A stretch of 64,000 nucleotides of DNA, taken from the IMG/VR virus record IMGVR_UViG_2654587515_000001, positions 1 through 64,000 of that record, one strand, 5' to 3'. This document shows, piece by piece, positions 27,991 to 37,256 of the stretch. This DNA comes from a virus (Duplodnaviria > Caudoviricetes). The stretch's first letter is position 1. Every line of letters begins with the position of its first letter. The notes under the pieces were generated by a model. That model worked only from the letters and a program-made list of their open reading frames with translations, did not search any database and was not told the DNA's origin. The position numbers and the translations under genes were made by a program.

Positions 27991-29415
27991 ATGAGCAATC
28001 TTGACAACAAGGCAGAAGCACGCGCTTCCTTTACCGACATCATTCGCAAAAAGCCGGTATTAGAGCCGTTGGCTGACAGTCAGGTCATGCAGGGCGTCAA
28101 TACCTTTCAAAACCTCGCTTTGGAATACGCGCTACACAAGTTGGAGCGAGCAAGGCAGGAAGGGTACCTGAGCACGGCATACAACCGCAGTTCGATACTG
28201 GCGCTCGCAGAAGACCGTCAGTATATTCCACGAAAAGCCGCTCCCAGTCGCGGCCAGATCCGGATCCGGAATAAGCAAAACCGTGACCGAAGCGTCATGG
28301 CCTATTTTCCTATTGTCTCGGAAGATCAGGTTTACTACATGGTCAATGAGAGTGTGCGTGTGGCCGCTGGTGGCGAAGTGGTGGTGGATGGCTGTCAGGT
28401 CAAACGTCACGAGCTATCGTTTGTGGTTGAAAAAGAGCAGCCTTTCCTTGAGTTTGAGTTTGGGCGAGCCATTAGTGTCAATTTGCATAAATTCAGAGTG
28501 TTTGTGGATATGGGTTCCGGCGCTGAAGAATGGTACCCAACGAACCGGTTCCGTAATGCACGCGCGGATAAAGTCTTTGATGAGTTTTACTCACACACCG
28601 ATCAGGTCGGTATCCGATTTGGTAATAACATCTTTGGCCTTGTGCCAAGCAAAGGGGCGCAGATCACGGTTGAGCTGTGGTTGACTGAGGGTGACACCAA
28701 GCTGATGCCTAATCAGCCTCTGACGCCTGTCGATGATAATGCCGAAGACATCGAGTTTGAGACCGCTTCTGTCTTTACGGGCGGTGCAGCCAGAGAGGAA
28801 ACCGACGAGCTTCGCCGTAACGCTCTGTATTACCCGCTCTATGATGATAACCACGTTTGGGATGATGACTACCTGTTCTTTATCAAGCAGCACTTCCCCG
28901 AGGTGATATGGGGCAATGTGTGGGGAGAGGCCGAGCAAGAAGAAATGGACGGCGAACTGAAGTTTGAGAACGTCAACAAGATATTTCTCTGCGTCTACGC
29001 GCCGGATAACCCAAGTATCGGCGGTGAAATTCAGGCATACATGCAAAAGAACATCCCTCAGTTTAACCGTCGGTACCACAACGTGCCCGTGGACGAGCAA
29101 GCATTCACAGCCAAAATTACCGGCAAGCTTCTACGCAGTATCACACTGACTGATGCTAAGAAGCTGATCAGCGATACGCTATGGAACAATTACGGCAAAG
29201 ATGCCAGCAGACGCAAGGCGAAGGCGCTAAAGCGCGACCTCTATCGCCTGATGAACGGACTCAACATCTTTGAGAGCGAAGATGATATTGAGATTGAAAT
29301 TATCGGCCAATCGGAGCCGGAAAATCTCAAGCAAATGATATACATCGATCTTGATGCCACTATGAACCTGCTCGATGTCGACTATACAAATAACGCAAGG
29401 TTAAGTATTTACTAA
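27991..29415 (+). CDS. baseplate wedge protein BplA-like
   Basis: EGYLSTAYNRSSILALAEDRQYIPRK, IRFGNNIFG..P, TGGAAREETDELRRNA motifs. Confidence 0.85.
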   Translation: MSNLDNKAEARASFTDIIRKKPVLEPLADSQVMQGVNTFQNLALEYALHKLERARQEGYLSTAYNRSSILALAEDRQYIPRKAAPSRGQIRIRNKQNRDRSVMAYFPIVSEDQVYYMVNESVRVAAGGEVVVDGCQVKRHELSFVVEKEQPFLEFEFGRAISVNLHKFRVFVDMGSGAEEWYPTNRFRNARADKVFDEFYSHTDQVGIRFGNNIFGLVPSKGAQITVELWLTEGDTKLMPNQPLTPVDDNAEDIEFETASVFTGGAAREETDELRRNALYYPLYDDNHVWDDDYLFFIKQHFPEVIWGNVWGEAEQEEMDGELKFENVNKIFLCVYAPDNPSIGGEIQAYMQKNIPQFNRRYHNVPVDEQAFTAKITGKLLRSITLTDAKKLISDTLWNNYGKDASRRKAKALKRDLYRLMNGLNIFESEDDIEIEIIGQSEPENLKQMIYIDLDATMNLLDVDYTNNARLSIY

Positions 29416-29526
29416 GTATTAAAAACACACCTAATAAATACCCGTCTTAGGTAAAAAATCTTTTTGTCGTGGCGGGTGCTCACCTGAAACCGTACTCTCA
29501 TTCAAGATTTTGAGTGAGGTTTTCCC

Positions 29527-31203
29527 GTGGCTGAAAAATGGTTAGTTGAGCGTCTGACAAAGAGCAAACAAAGCTCTCCCCAATGGGTAGCGCTGGCTGA
29601 GGCATTGGAAGAATACTGGGATACCCACTTTTTCAATGAGCTTCAAACCTTTGAAGACAGCAAGAACATATTTACCGCCAGTGAGGATCACCTCAATCAA
29701 AAGATTGCCGAGTTTGGCGATTACTTTGATACAGCCCTGCCGATCGACGAATCCGGCAAGCGCCTCTCTATCTCATGGCAACGAGACAACATCCACGAAA
29801 AAGACACCATCGTTCCATTCGTCAACGCATTGCGCGTTAACTTCGCAGGTTTGGGCGTGACGTGGGAGCCGTTGTACTCCAATAAGAGCCTGCCTTATGC
29901 CCGAGATAATCTGTTCACTGAGCAAGAGGTCCAGATCAAGAAATGGGATCTCAATGATTTCTGGATGACCTCTCGCGGCAAAATCGCCGTCGACTTAACG
30001 CACCTGCACAAGCTGGGAATGGCAAAAGAAACCTTTATTGCCATTGCTAAACGAGAGATTGAGCGCCTGAGACCGGCTCACATCGTGTATGACGGTGAGC
30101 TTTTCATTCTGACCATCAACTTTGACTATGCGCCGCAAAGCTACCATGTCGAGCGACAAACGATTGGAGAAAAGGGTGGCAGCATGGTTTATCGCCTCAC
30201 TGCCTCATTTGACGACCGTCCCGCTGACGTACCTTGGCTGGATGACAGCCCTCTGTATGTGGAGCACCGAAGAGGCACCACAACGAGCGAAGCGGATTTT
30301 GTTATTGGTGGTATGTCGTGGTCTCTCGACCTGTTTGTCGATCTGGGTGGTCGTCGTGTGCCATTGGCCGGAAAGGAAGGCGACATCATCAATGCCCTGC
30401 AGGAAATATCCAGCATCGAGCGTTACATTCCTGTTCAACATGCCGACCTACCACTGTCGGGCGCCTCGTTGACCGCGACCCGCTATCCTTGCCTGAATTT
30501 CAGTATGCATTATCACTTTGATGTGGTACCCGCAGACAGTATTCAGACCGACGCGAATGAGCCTATCCACGGGCAAAGTCGCACAACCGTAAAACCAACG
30601 GCGATCAGTTACCGGCTGGGCGCGGATTGGTCACTTGACCTGTTTTTGGTTACGCCGTCAGGCTCAGTCCCGCTTGCGGGGAAAGAAGGCGAGTCGCTGC
30701 CACCAATGAAGCAGCACCGAACGCAACATCGAGCGTTTGAAGCAAAGGTTAATCCGGCCAGTCAGTCGGTGATCAAACAAAAGCAGTCATGCCACGCCAT
30801 TGATTACAGCGCGGGTTCCGGTCAGAGCCACGTCATATCAAAAGCGCCATGGATGAGCTATCAGCTGGGTGCTGATTGGTCTCTGGACCTGTTTATCACG
30901 ACGCCTTATGGAACGGCGGCCATTGCTGGTAAAGAGGGCGATACCTTACCACCAACACGCCACCACAGGCTCAAGCTGCGCACATTTACAACGCAAGTTG
31001 AGCCGCTGAGCAGTACCCATTTCAAACAAACGCAATCATTTTGCTCTGTGTTCTACAGTGCTCAAGTTGATTGCATTGTTCGAGAGTTTCCGTCTCAGCC
31101 TTATGAGCTAAATCAGCCGGCTGAGATTAATCAAAATCCGTGGCTGGGATTTGACGAGATCCCAGCTGACTTTGCACCGTTAGACACACCACTTTGGAAA
31201 TAG
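29527..31203 (+). CDS. baseplate protein, P1 gp16-like, with internal repeats
   Basis: N-terminal wedge domain; three WSLDLF...AGKEG repeats and three FD..PAD motifs. Confidence 0.7.
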   Translation: MAEKWLVERLTKSKQSSPQWVALAEALEEYWDTHFFNELQTFEDSKNIFTASEDHLNQKIAEFGDYFDTALPIDESGKRLSISWQRDNIHEKDTIVPFVNALRVNFAGLGVTWEPLYSNKSLPYARDNLFTEQEVQIKKWDLNDFWMTSRGKIAVDLTHLHKLGMAKETFIAIAKREIERLRPAHIVYDGELFILTINFDYAPQSYHVERQTIGEKGGSMVYRLTASFDDRPADVPWLDDSPLYVEHRRGTTTSEADFVIGGMSWSLDLFVDLGGRRVPLAGKEGDIINALQEISSIERYIPVQHADLPLSGASLTATRYPCLNFSMHYHFDVVPADSIQTDANEPIHGQSRTTVKPTAISYRLGADWSLDLFLVTPSGSVPLAGKEGESLPPMKQHRTQHRAFEAKVNPASQSVIKQKQSCHAIDYSAGSGQSHVISKAPWMSYQLGADWSLDLFITTPYGTAAIAGKEGDTLPPTRHHRLKLRTFTTQVEPLSSTHFKQTQSFCSVFYSAQVDCIVREFPSQPYELNQPAEINQNPWLGFDEIPADFAPLDTPLWK

Positions 31204-31207
31204 CGCT

Positions 31208-31645
31208 ATGTCAACAAATCAACCATGGCAGATTGCAGAGCTACTGCCTCGTTTTTACGAAAAAAACGCTCTCTCAATTGCAGGACTGGCAAGCCAGTTC
31301 AAGATCGTAAAATTTAAATTCGGTCATGACCCGTTGCTGGTGGACGACAGTCAAACCCCACCGGCCCTATCACCGTTCGATCCGGCAGGGACCGATATTA
31401 AAAACGTTTTCTACGAAGGCACCATCAATCCTTCCGAAGACGTGGTTTGGGCGAATGGCCGCTTGCTGTTCCGCTGCATCATGCCTGAAAACACATTATC
31501 CGAGCCGAAGCAGTACAGCCAAACCGGCCTATACGACGCAGACGGCGACTTAGTGGCAGTCAGTATTGATTTGCCTGACTGGGTGACACCGGAAGAAGGC
31601 ATCAACACGCACCCATACGTTAACTTCCCAATTTCCGGAGAGTAA
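31208..31645 (+). CDS. tail fibre attachment protein, P1 gpR-like
   Basis: 145 aa; QTGLYDADGDLVAVS motif; synteny 16-R-S. Confidence 0.7.
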   Translation: MSTNQPWQIAELLPRFYEKNALSIAGLASQFKIVKFKFGHDPLLVDDSQTPPALSPFDPAGTDIKNVFYEGTINPSEDVVWANGRLLFRCIMPENTLSEPKQYSQTGLYDADGDLVAVSIDLPDWVTPEEGINTHPYVNFPISGE

Positions 31646-31648
31646 TGG

Positions 31649-32203
31649 ATGAACACATACCCACAACAACCGTTGGATGATCTGAGAGTAGACACGGCAT
31701 GGCGTGAAAACTACTCAGGGGCATCCATGAACCAGAAGCTGCACGGCCTGTTGCCAAAAGGGGTGTACTCAGGCTTTGCGGTCAAACCAAAATCGGGACT
31801 CACCGTTGAAGTCTCTGGTGACGATCAGAACATTGCGGTACTGGAAGTCGGCACGTATTCACTGACAGCCAGAATGCCAAGCAATGTAACCAAGCAAGTC
31901 ACACTCACTGCCGGCAAAACGCAGTATGTCGTACTTGAAGCGCAATACGCGATGCACCAAGCCTCAACGATTGGGGTTTATGTGCGAGATACTGTGCCAA
32001 GTAATGCCATTATGCTGGCCAAAGTGACACTGCCAGCTGGCGCCACGTCGGTTCCTGCAGACAGTATCGAGCTGGCTTTGCCGTCTAAACCTGTCACCGC
32101 TGCCGATTATGCCGAACTGGCCGCTTACACCATCGACAACGGTCGCCGGACCTTGGAGCTTCAAGAAGAGCTGAACCAGCTCAAGAAGACACTGGGGCTA
32201 TAA
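31649..32203 (+). CDS. short homologue of the N-terminal anchor domain of P1 tail fibre S
   Basis: WRENYSGASMNQKLHGLLPKGVYSGF...TLTAGKTQYVVL...VTLPAGATSV parallels the P1 gpS N-terminus as recalled; ends after 184 aa. Confidence 0.65.
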   Translation: MNTYPQQPLDDLRVDTAWRENYSGASMNQKLHGLLPKGVYSGFAVKPKSGLTVEVSGDDQNIAVLEVGTYSLTARMPSNVTKQVTLTAGKTQYVVLEAQYAMHQASTIGVYVRDTVPSNAIMLAKVTLPAGATSVPADSIELALPSKPVTAADYAELAAYTIDNGRRTLELQEELNQLKKTLGL

Positions 32204-32207
32204 TTCT

Positions 32208-32238
32208 TACTCCCTCACGCCTTGAGGGAGTAAATTTT
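32208..32238 (+). terminator. rho-independent terminator
   Basis: TTACTCCCTCA-CGCCT-TGAGGGAGTAA followed by ATTTT. Confidence 0.7.
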
Positions 32239-32298
32239 CCTGTTGATGCGATCCCACCACCCGCGCTCTACCATCGAACTGTTAACAACACAATCACA

Positions 32299-32916
32299 GT
32301 GTGGAGCGTTCCCGTGAGTTACTTATCTTTCGATTATGCCCAATTCAACGAAAAGGGCCTGAAGAAAGTCATTGACGAATTTAAGCGTCAGGATCTTCAG
32401 GTCACAAGTGTTGAGGCGGACAACAAAGCCAAACGACAGTCTGGTGTTCAGACGAAAAAAGCCACCCTTCATTTTGCTGATGGTCAGAAGCTCATGCTTC
32501 AAGCGACTGCGCAAGGGGCTATCTTCCAAGTTCGTCTTAATACGCGAGTCATTCCGATCAAGCATGTTGACGATCTCAAAAAAGCCGTGGCCGAGATCGC
32601 CGGCAAAGTCAGTGCAAACAGTAAGCAGTTTCAGAAAACCCTGAAAAAACGCGCGTCCAGAGCCAGTAGTGCAAGCAAGGACTCAACCAGCCGCGCCAAA
32701 ACCTCGCTGAAAGCTCAAATTGCACTCGCTAAATCGGACAATCAAGAGTTGGAAAGCTCTGTTCAGGAAAAGCGTCAGCAAAAACAGACGCTGGAAGAAG
32801 CTCTGCCGGCTAAAGAGCAGAGAAAGTCCGATATCAGTGCGCAAATCACCCAAGAATACTCGGTTTCCGAGCAGCTGGAAGCCGAACTGAAACAATTAGA
32901 GGAGCTGACCTCATGA
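32299..32916 (+). CDS. hdf: Hdf-like protein (DarA N-terminal-type domain plus coiled coil)
   Basis: 205 aa directly before darA, as in P1; AKRQSGVQTKKATLHFADGQKL motif. Confidence 0.75.
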   Translation: MWSVPVSYLSFDYAQFNEKGLKKVIDEFKRQDLQVTSVEADNKAKRQSGVQTKKATLHFADGQKLMLQATAQGAIFQVRLNTRVIPIKHVDDLKKAVAEIAGKVSANSKQFQKTLKKRASRASSASKDSTSRAKTSLKAQIALAKSDNQELESSVQEKRQQKQTLEEALPAKEQRKSDISAQITQEYSVSEQLEAELKQLEELTS

Positions 32917-34421
32917 ACCCAGTGAACGGATTAAAAGTTTACGCAATGCCAGATCCACTGGCAAAAGGCTTTACACGCTCTCAAATCAAAGAAGCCATGT
33001 ATCAGTTAACGGCAGATCCGGAGCAAGAGGCATTGATGCTGGAAGCAGAGCCGTTCGCAATCATGGATGCGGCCTATGTCGAGGGTGAGCGAGTGGAAGC
33101 CCACGACGGCTTTATTCTGGATGCGGTCACAACCAGTTATGCGACGTTCCCGCGCACGATGAAGGCCCTTGCTCGGGCGCTAAATCGCTCTTTGTCCAGC
33201 AGCAACATTACCGTAACCGATCATGAGGTTGGAGAACCGAAGAAAAACAACCTCTTTGCAACGGTGGCCGCGCAATTCATCCTCAGTGACGGTCAGGCCG
33301 TCAGTGTGGTGTTTCATGCCCCAGATGAAGATCCCAAAGTGTTTAAGCCAGATGATGTCGTGATTGCGTTTCGCTGGCTGCTCAATAAGCGCGACATTAC
33401 CCAAGTCGTGGCCCCTGAAATGAATAAAGGGAAAATGCGCGAAGTCTCCCTGTCTACGATCGGTAAACGCATTGGCAATATTGCCGCTGCCAACTCAGAA
33501 ACCTTTCAGGCCAAGCAAAAAGAAGTGACGGAATCGCGCAATGAGTTAGCCAGCCTGCAGGAATCGTCCAACGCTTTGCTGGATGAACTCAATACACTCA
33601 CGACAGAAGTCGCGCAACTGGAAGGCCGAGACAAAGAACTTGAGCACATGGTCACTGTGAAGTCAGACGAGCTGGCCGAGCGCCAGCGCTACAACGATAG
33701 CCTGCGTGAGAAGATTGCCGCTCTGAAAGCAGCGCAACCAGAGCCTGAGCCATCACCCGAGCCATCACAAGGCGAAGGAGAGCCTCAACCAGAAGAGAAT
33801 ACGGCCTTAGAGCGCTTTAAACTGGTCGAACCTTCATTATTTAAGGATGTCGTGGCATCAATCAGCACCATTGCAGCTATTGACCGAGGTGAAGAGAAAG
33901 GGTTAACTCGCTCACTCTTTGTAAGTTCGATTGTTAACAAGTTAAAAACTCGACATAACAATGGGCAATCCGAAGTTGTTGATGCTGCACTGGATTTTAT
34001 CTCTGAAGCGCAAAAGTCTCTCGATAAGCCGATCATTTCCGCTCGAAATGGGGTTTGGTCTTTACATAGCAATGCCGCTGGCAGTAAGGAAGAGAAGGAT
34101 GAGAATGCCGCACCGGATGCGCCAGAAACACCGTCAACGCCTGAAGACACGCCGACAGAGACGCCAGACACACCGGATGAGTCCCAAAAAGGGGAAAATG
34201 ACGACATGAATGAACAATCTGTAGGTGATAAGCCCCAAGCGGTACTAACATTAGAAAATATCGTCAATGGTGTACATGATGATGTTGCTGCAGATGATGT
34301 GCTTGAAATGATAGAAGAAGCCAGCGAAGAGTTAGAAAAACTGGGGCTGGTGGAAGAATACGATGCCCTGATCGGCTCAGCGGTAGAGAAATACGCAGAG
34401 CTTGATGAAAAGCAGGAGTAA
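32913..34421 (+). CDS. darA: defence-against-restriction protein DarA-like
   Basis: ATVAAQFILSDGQAVSVVFHAPD...FRWLLNKRDITQVVAPE, DarA N-terminal domain, followed by coiled coil. Confidence 0.8.
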   Translation: MNPVNGLKVYAMPDPLAKGFTRSQIKEAMYQLTADPEQEALMLEAEPFAIMDAAYVEGERVEAHDGFILDAVTTSYATFPRTMKALARALNRSLSSSNITVTDHEVGEPKKNNLFATVAAQFILSDGQAVSVVFHAPDEDPKVFKPDDVVIAFRWLLNKRDITQVVAPEMNKGKMREVSLSTIGKRIGNIAAANSETFQAKQKEVTESRNELASLQESSNALLDELNTLTTEVAQLEGRDKELEHMVTVKSDELAERQRYNDSLREKIAALKAAQPEPEPSPEPSQGEGEPQPEENTALERFKLVEPSLFKDVVASISTIAAIDRGEEKGLTRSLFVSSIVNKLKTRHNNGQSEVVDAALDFISEAQKSLDKPIISARNGVWSLHSNAAGSKEEKDENAAPDAPETPSTPEDTPTETPDTPDESQKGENDDMNEQSVGDKPQAVLTLENIVNGVHDDVAADDVLEMIEEASEELEKLGLVEEYDALIGSAVEKYAELDEKQE

Positions 34422-34426
34422 TAAGC

Positions 34427-34738
34427 ATGTTGTCTGGTGTAGAAAAGCTCAAGCTGGCAAAGGAGATACGCCAGCTAAGAGCGCAAATTAAAAGCGCATC
34501 AATAAAAGGGATTGAGAAGTTGAAAATTGCCAAGCAAATAAAGGCAATTCGCGCTCAAATTGTGGGTGGTGCTCAAAAGCTCGCTTCTCGGCTTGATGAA
34601 CTCATAGGGGGTAAGTTTGATCACCTAGAGCCAGTCAAGTTTATCGCTATTGTGCGTGAAATTTCCGAAGAGTCGGGCGAATTTGAGTCCGTTAAGCAAC
34701 CAGTAATTAACTATGTCGAAAAAAGACTCCCAGCCTAA
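34427..34738 (+). CDS. DdrA-like protein
   Basis: Duplicated N-terminal helix (GVEKLKLAK/GIEKLKIAK), size and position after darA. Confidence 0.6.
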   Translation: MLSGVEKLKLAKEIRQLRAQIKSASIKGIEKLKIAKQIKAIRAQIVGGAQKLASRLDELIGGKFDHLEPVKFIAIVREISEESGEFESVKQPVINYVEKRLPA

Positions 34739-36482
34739 AAAGAAGGCAGTCATTTCCGCCATGCAAGCGTCCAGTGAGATTGACGGCCTGAGTGCCGTCT
34801 TTCTTGCGGCCTTTGGGGAAGTGATCAGTGCCCAGACGCACCAAGCGAAGGCACTAAAACAAAAATTAATCGACACCGACGATGACTTAGAGAAATTCCA
34901 AGTGTGGCGGGACATTGTTTCGCTGCAAGTTGAATTGAGCCGGTATAACGACCACCGGTTGGAAACCATTTCAGAGCAGGGCGCCGACCTTAACAGCTTG
35001 CGACAAGCCTATATTGTCCCTGACGATCTTGATGAAAGACAGCGCCATTCTTGGCAACAAAGCGGCGAAAGCTTCTTGAAAGCGGTGATTTCTCCTGAGA
35101 AGGCGCAATCACTCAAAGATGTCGCGCACAGCATCAATGAGCTATTGCGCAGCAATCCTGACATCAATGAAAAAATTGAACGTCTCGAAAGTGAGTACAT
35201 TTCGCCACTGGCTGAAAAGGCCAGAGGGGTGATCGGTCAAATTACAGAAAAAGGGCAAAGCGAAGCCCTGATGTCCGAATTCGAAATGATCCGCTCAGCC
35301 ATTGAGTCTGCACACCGGACCCAAATTGATCCAGTTCTCATGGCGTCCAGTGGTGAGCTGGACCAAGCTGCCAAAGCGCAGCTGCAGTCACTGCAAGAGC
35401 AAAAGAAACGTATTGGCACTGAACTCATGTCCAATGTCTATGACGCGCTGATTGAGCGCTCAAGCGTTTCTCAGGAAGAAGCGGACCTATGGGCGTCAAA
35501 GCAGGAGATCAGCGCCTCAGCGGTGGCGAGAATGCGCAAATCGGGCTATCCCGAGTCTGAGGTGCGCCGTGATATGGCAACCTACTACCGATTGATCAGC
35601 GGACGGCTCGACAATGTTCGCCTTGTCACTACCGGCAGTAAGCGTGCCAGCGCAATTATTAATACGGCCACGATAGATATCGACCATGACTTTGACCGGC
35701 GCACGCTCTTTCATGAAATGAGCCATTTGCTCGAAGCGGATGAGTCCGTCAAGCTGGCAAACCAACGCTTTATCCAAAAACGTGCCTCGGGAACCCCACA
35801 GCGATTGAGCGAACTCACCAATAACCGCTCCTACAAAAGCGACGAGGTGGCGATCCCCGATAACTTCTACTCACCGTATGTCGGCAAGGTGTATGCGAGT
35901 GGGGCTACCGAAGTGGCGTCTATGGGTATTCAGCAATTTTCATCACTGGAAAGCATGTACGCCCTGTATGACAGCGACGAAGAAATGTTCACGCTTATGG
36001 TTGGCATGATGACAGGCGTTAACGACACCTTGATACAGCGCCAGAAAAAGCAGCTCGAAAGACAGGTCCATGGTGATGCTTTTGGTACTGCCGTTAAGAA
36101 GATTGTGGACAAGCTATCATGGCACGACGGCCATCGAATGAGTTCAGATGAAGCATGGCAGCAAGCACTCACTGGGAAAGGGAAAACCAATGCTCACAAT
36201 AAGAAGTGGGGATGGAAGCGCACCCTTGGAAGTTGCGAGCTGTTCCCTGCAAAAGCCCCGCGCCAGCGAAAGCAGATATATGGTGTAACAGTGGCTGGTG
36301 GTGACGACACACAACCGAAGCGGCACTTTTTCAGAGAGAAATTGCAGGCAGAGATTTTCGTGTATCTTCACGAGTTGTCTACCAGAGATATTAAGCCGTT
36401 ACCTCAAAGCGCCTTTTATCTTGCCTGCAATAATCAAGCACCAGATTGGTATCAAGTTGATACTGAATTACCACTTATCTAG
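34713..36482 (+). CDS. DdrB-position protein with zincin-like metallopeptidase motif
   Basis: LFHEMSHLLE (HExxH) with downstream TEVASMG; last gene of the dar operon. Confidence 0.6.
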   Translation: MSKKDSQPKKKAVISAMQASSEIDGLSAVFLAAFGEVISAQTHQAKALKQKLIDTDDDLEKFQVWRDIVSLQVELSRYNDHRLETISEQGADLNSLRQAYIVPDDLDERQRHSWQQSGESFLKAVISPEKAQSLKDVAHSINELLRSNPDINEKIERLESEYISPLAEKARGVIGQITEKGQSEALMSEFEMIRSAIESAHRTQIDPVLMASSGELDQAAKAQLQSLQEQKKRIGTELMSNVYDALIERSSVSQEEADLWASKQEISASAVARMRKSGYPESEVRRDMATYYRLISGRLDNVRLVTTGSKRASAIINTATIDIDHDFDRRTLFHEMSHLLEADESVKLANQRFIQKRASGTPQRLSELTNNRSYKSDEVAIPDNFYSPYVGKVYASGATEVASMGIQQFSSLESMYALYDSDEEMFTLMVGMMTGVNDTLIQRQKKQLERQVHGDAFGTAVKKIVDKLSWHDGHRMSSDEAWQQALTGKGKTNAHNKKWGWKRTLGSCELFPAKAPRQRKQIYGVTVAGGDDTQPKRHFFREKLQAEIFVYLHELSTRDIKPLPQSAFYLACNNQAPDWYQVDTELPLI

Positions 36483-36490
36483 TACCTATT

Positions 36491-36522
36491 CCGGCTCCTT
36501 GCCTGAGACTTGGAGCCGGTTT
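36491..36522. terminator. hairpin terminator between convergent genes
   Basis: CCGGCTCC-N13-GGAGCCGG followed by TTT. Confidence 0.55.
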
Positions 36523-36527
36523 AATGC

Positions 36528-37091
36528 TCACTCGCACCCAAGCACCCTCGACATGCCCTCAACTACGCTCAGCCGGATACGAGCCAATGAAAGCTCACGT
36601 TTAGCCTGCGCCAGTCCTTCCTCAGCCATTTCCTTGGCTGACGATGACACTTTGGCCTCACTGTGTAGCACGGGGAGGTCTTTCTCGGTGAAAAACTCCA
36701 ATACATGCGGCTGAAAAAGTTCAACCGGTGGCGTGGAGTAGCCCTGATGCACCGCTCGTTCGTAAATTCGCTCGAACTTGTCAGAGTTCGTGTGTTTACA
36801 GTAGGTCAGAAACCTATCTCGCATGGTCCGATCGGATACGTTAATCATGACGGCAGCATCATGAATGCGAGCGCCAAGAAAAATAGACAGGATCGCTTTT
36901 CTCGTCTCTTCACCGTAGGGGGAAAGCGTTCCTCCCTTCGCATGAAAAGTTGAGGGCGAGCCATTCTGAATCGCTTCATTCTCTGAAATCGTGACATCCG
37001 TTTCCCTGTGTCCTGCAGACTCAATAAAGCCCGTTCCAAAATCCGATTTCTCAATATGAGTTATCACAGTATGAAAGTAGTCACCTAGCAC
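36528..37091 (-). CDS. HTH-like protein preceded by a LexA box; paralogue of 53792..54211
   Basis: GTG start with AAGGAG RBS; ILSIFLGARIHDAAVMINVSDRTMRDRF helix-turn-helix-like segment. Confidence 0.75.
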   Translation of the reverse strand: MLGDYFHTVITHIEKSDFGTGFIESAGHRETDVTISENEAIQNGSPSTFHAKGGTLSPYGEETRKAILSIFLGARIHDAAVMINVSDRTMRDRFLTYCKHTNSDKFERIYERAVHQGYSTPPVELFQPHVLEFFTEKDLPVLHSEAKVSSSAKEMAEEGLAQAKRELSLARIRLSVVEGMSRVLGCE

Positions 37092-37144
37092 TACGTCTTC
37101 TCCTTTTTCTTATTATGGAAGTACAACCTTTGCACCAACATAGA

Positions 37145-37164
37145 TACTGTTTAAATATACAGTA
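37145..37164. promoter_or_regulatory. LexA (SOS) box
   Basis: TACTGTTTAAATATACAGTA fits TACTGT-N8-ACAGTA, 54 bp upstream of the 36528..37091 start. Confidence 0.88.
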
Positions 37165-37256
37165 TCTTACAGCTTTTTTATATAAATCAAAGACTCAATA
37201 AGGGCGAGTATGCATAAGAACCCGTATGTTGTATGTAGACAAAAACGTCCACAAAC

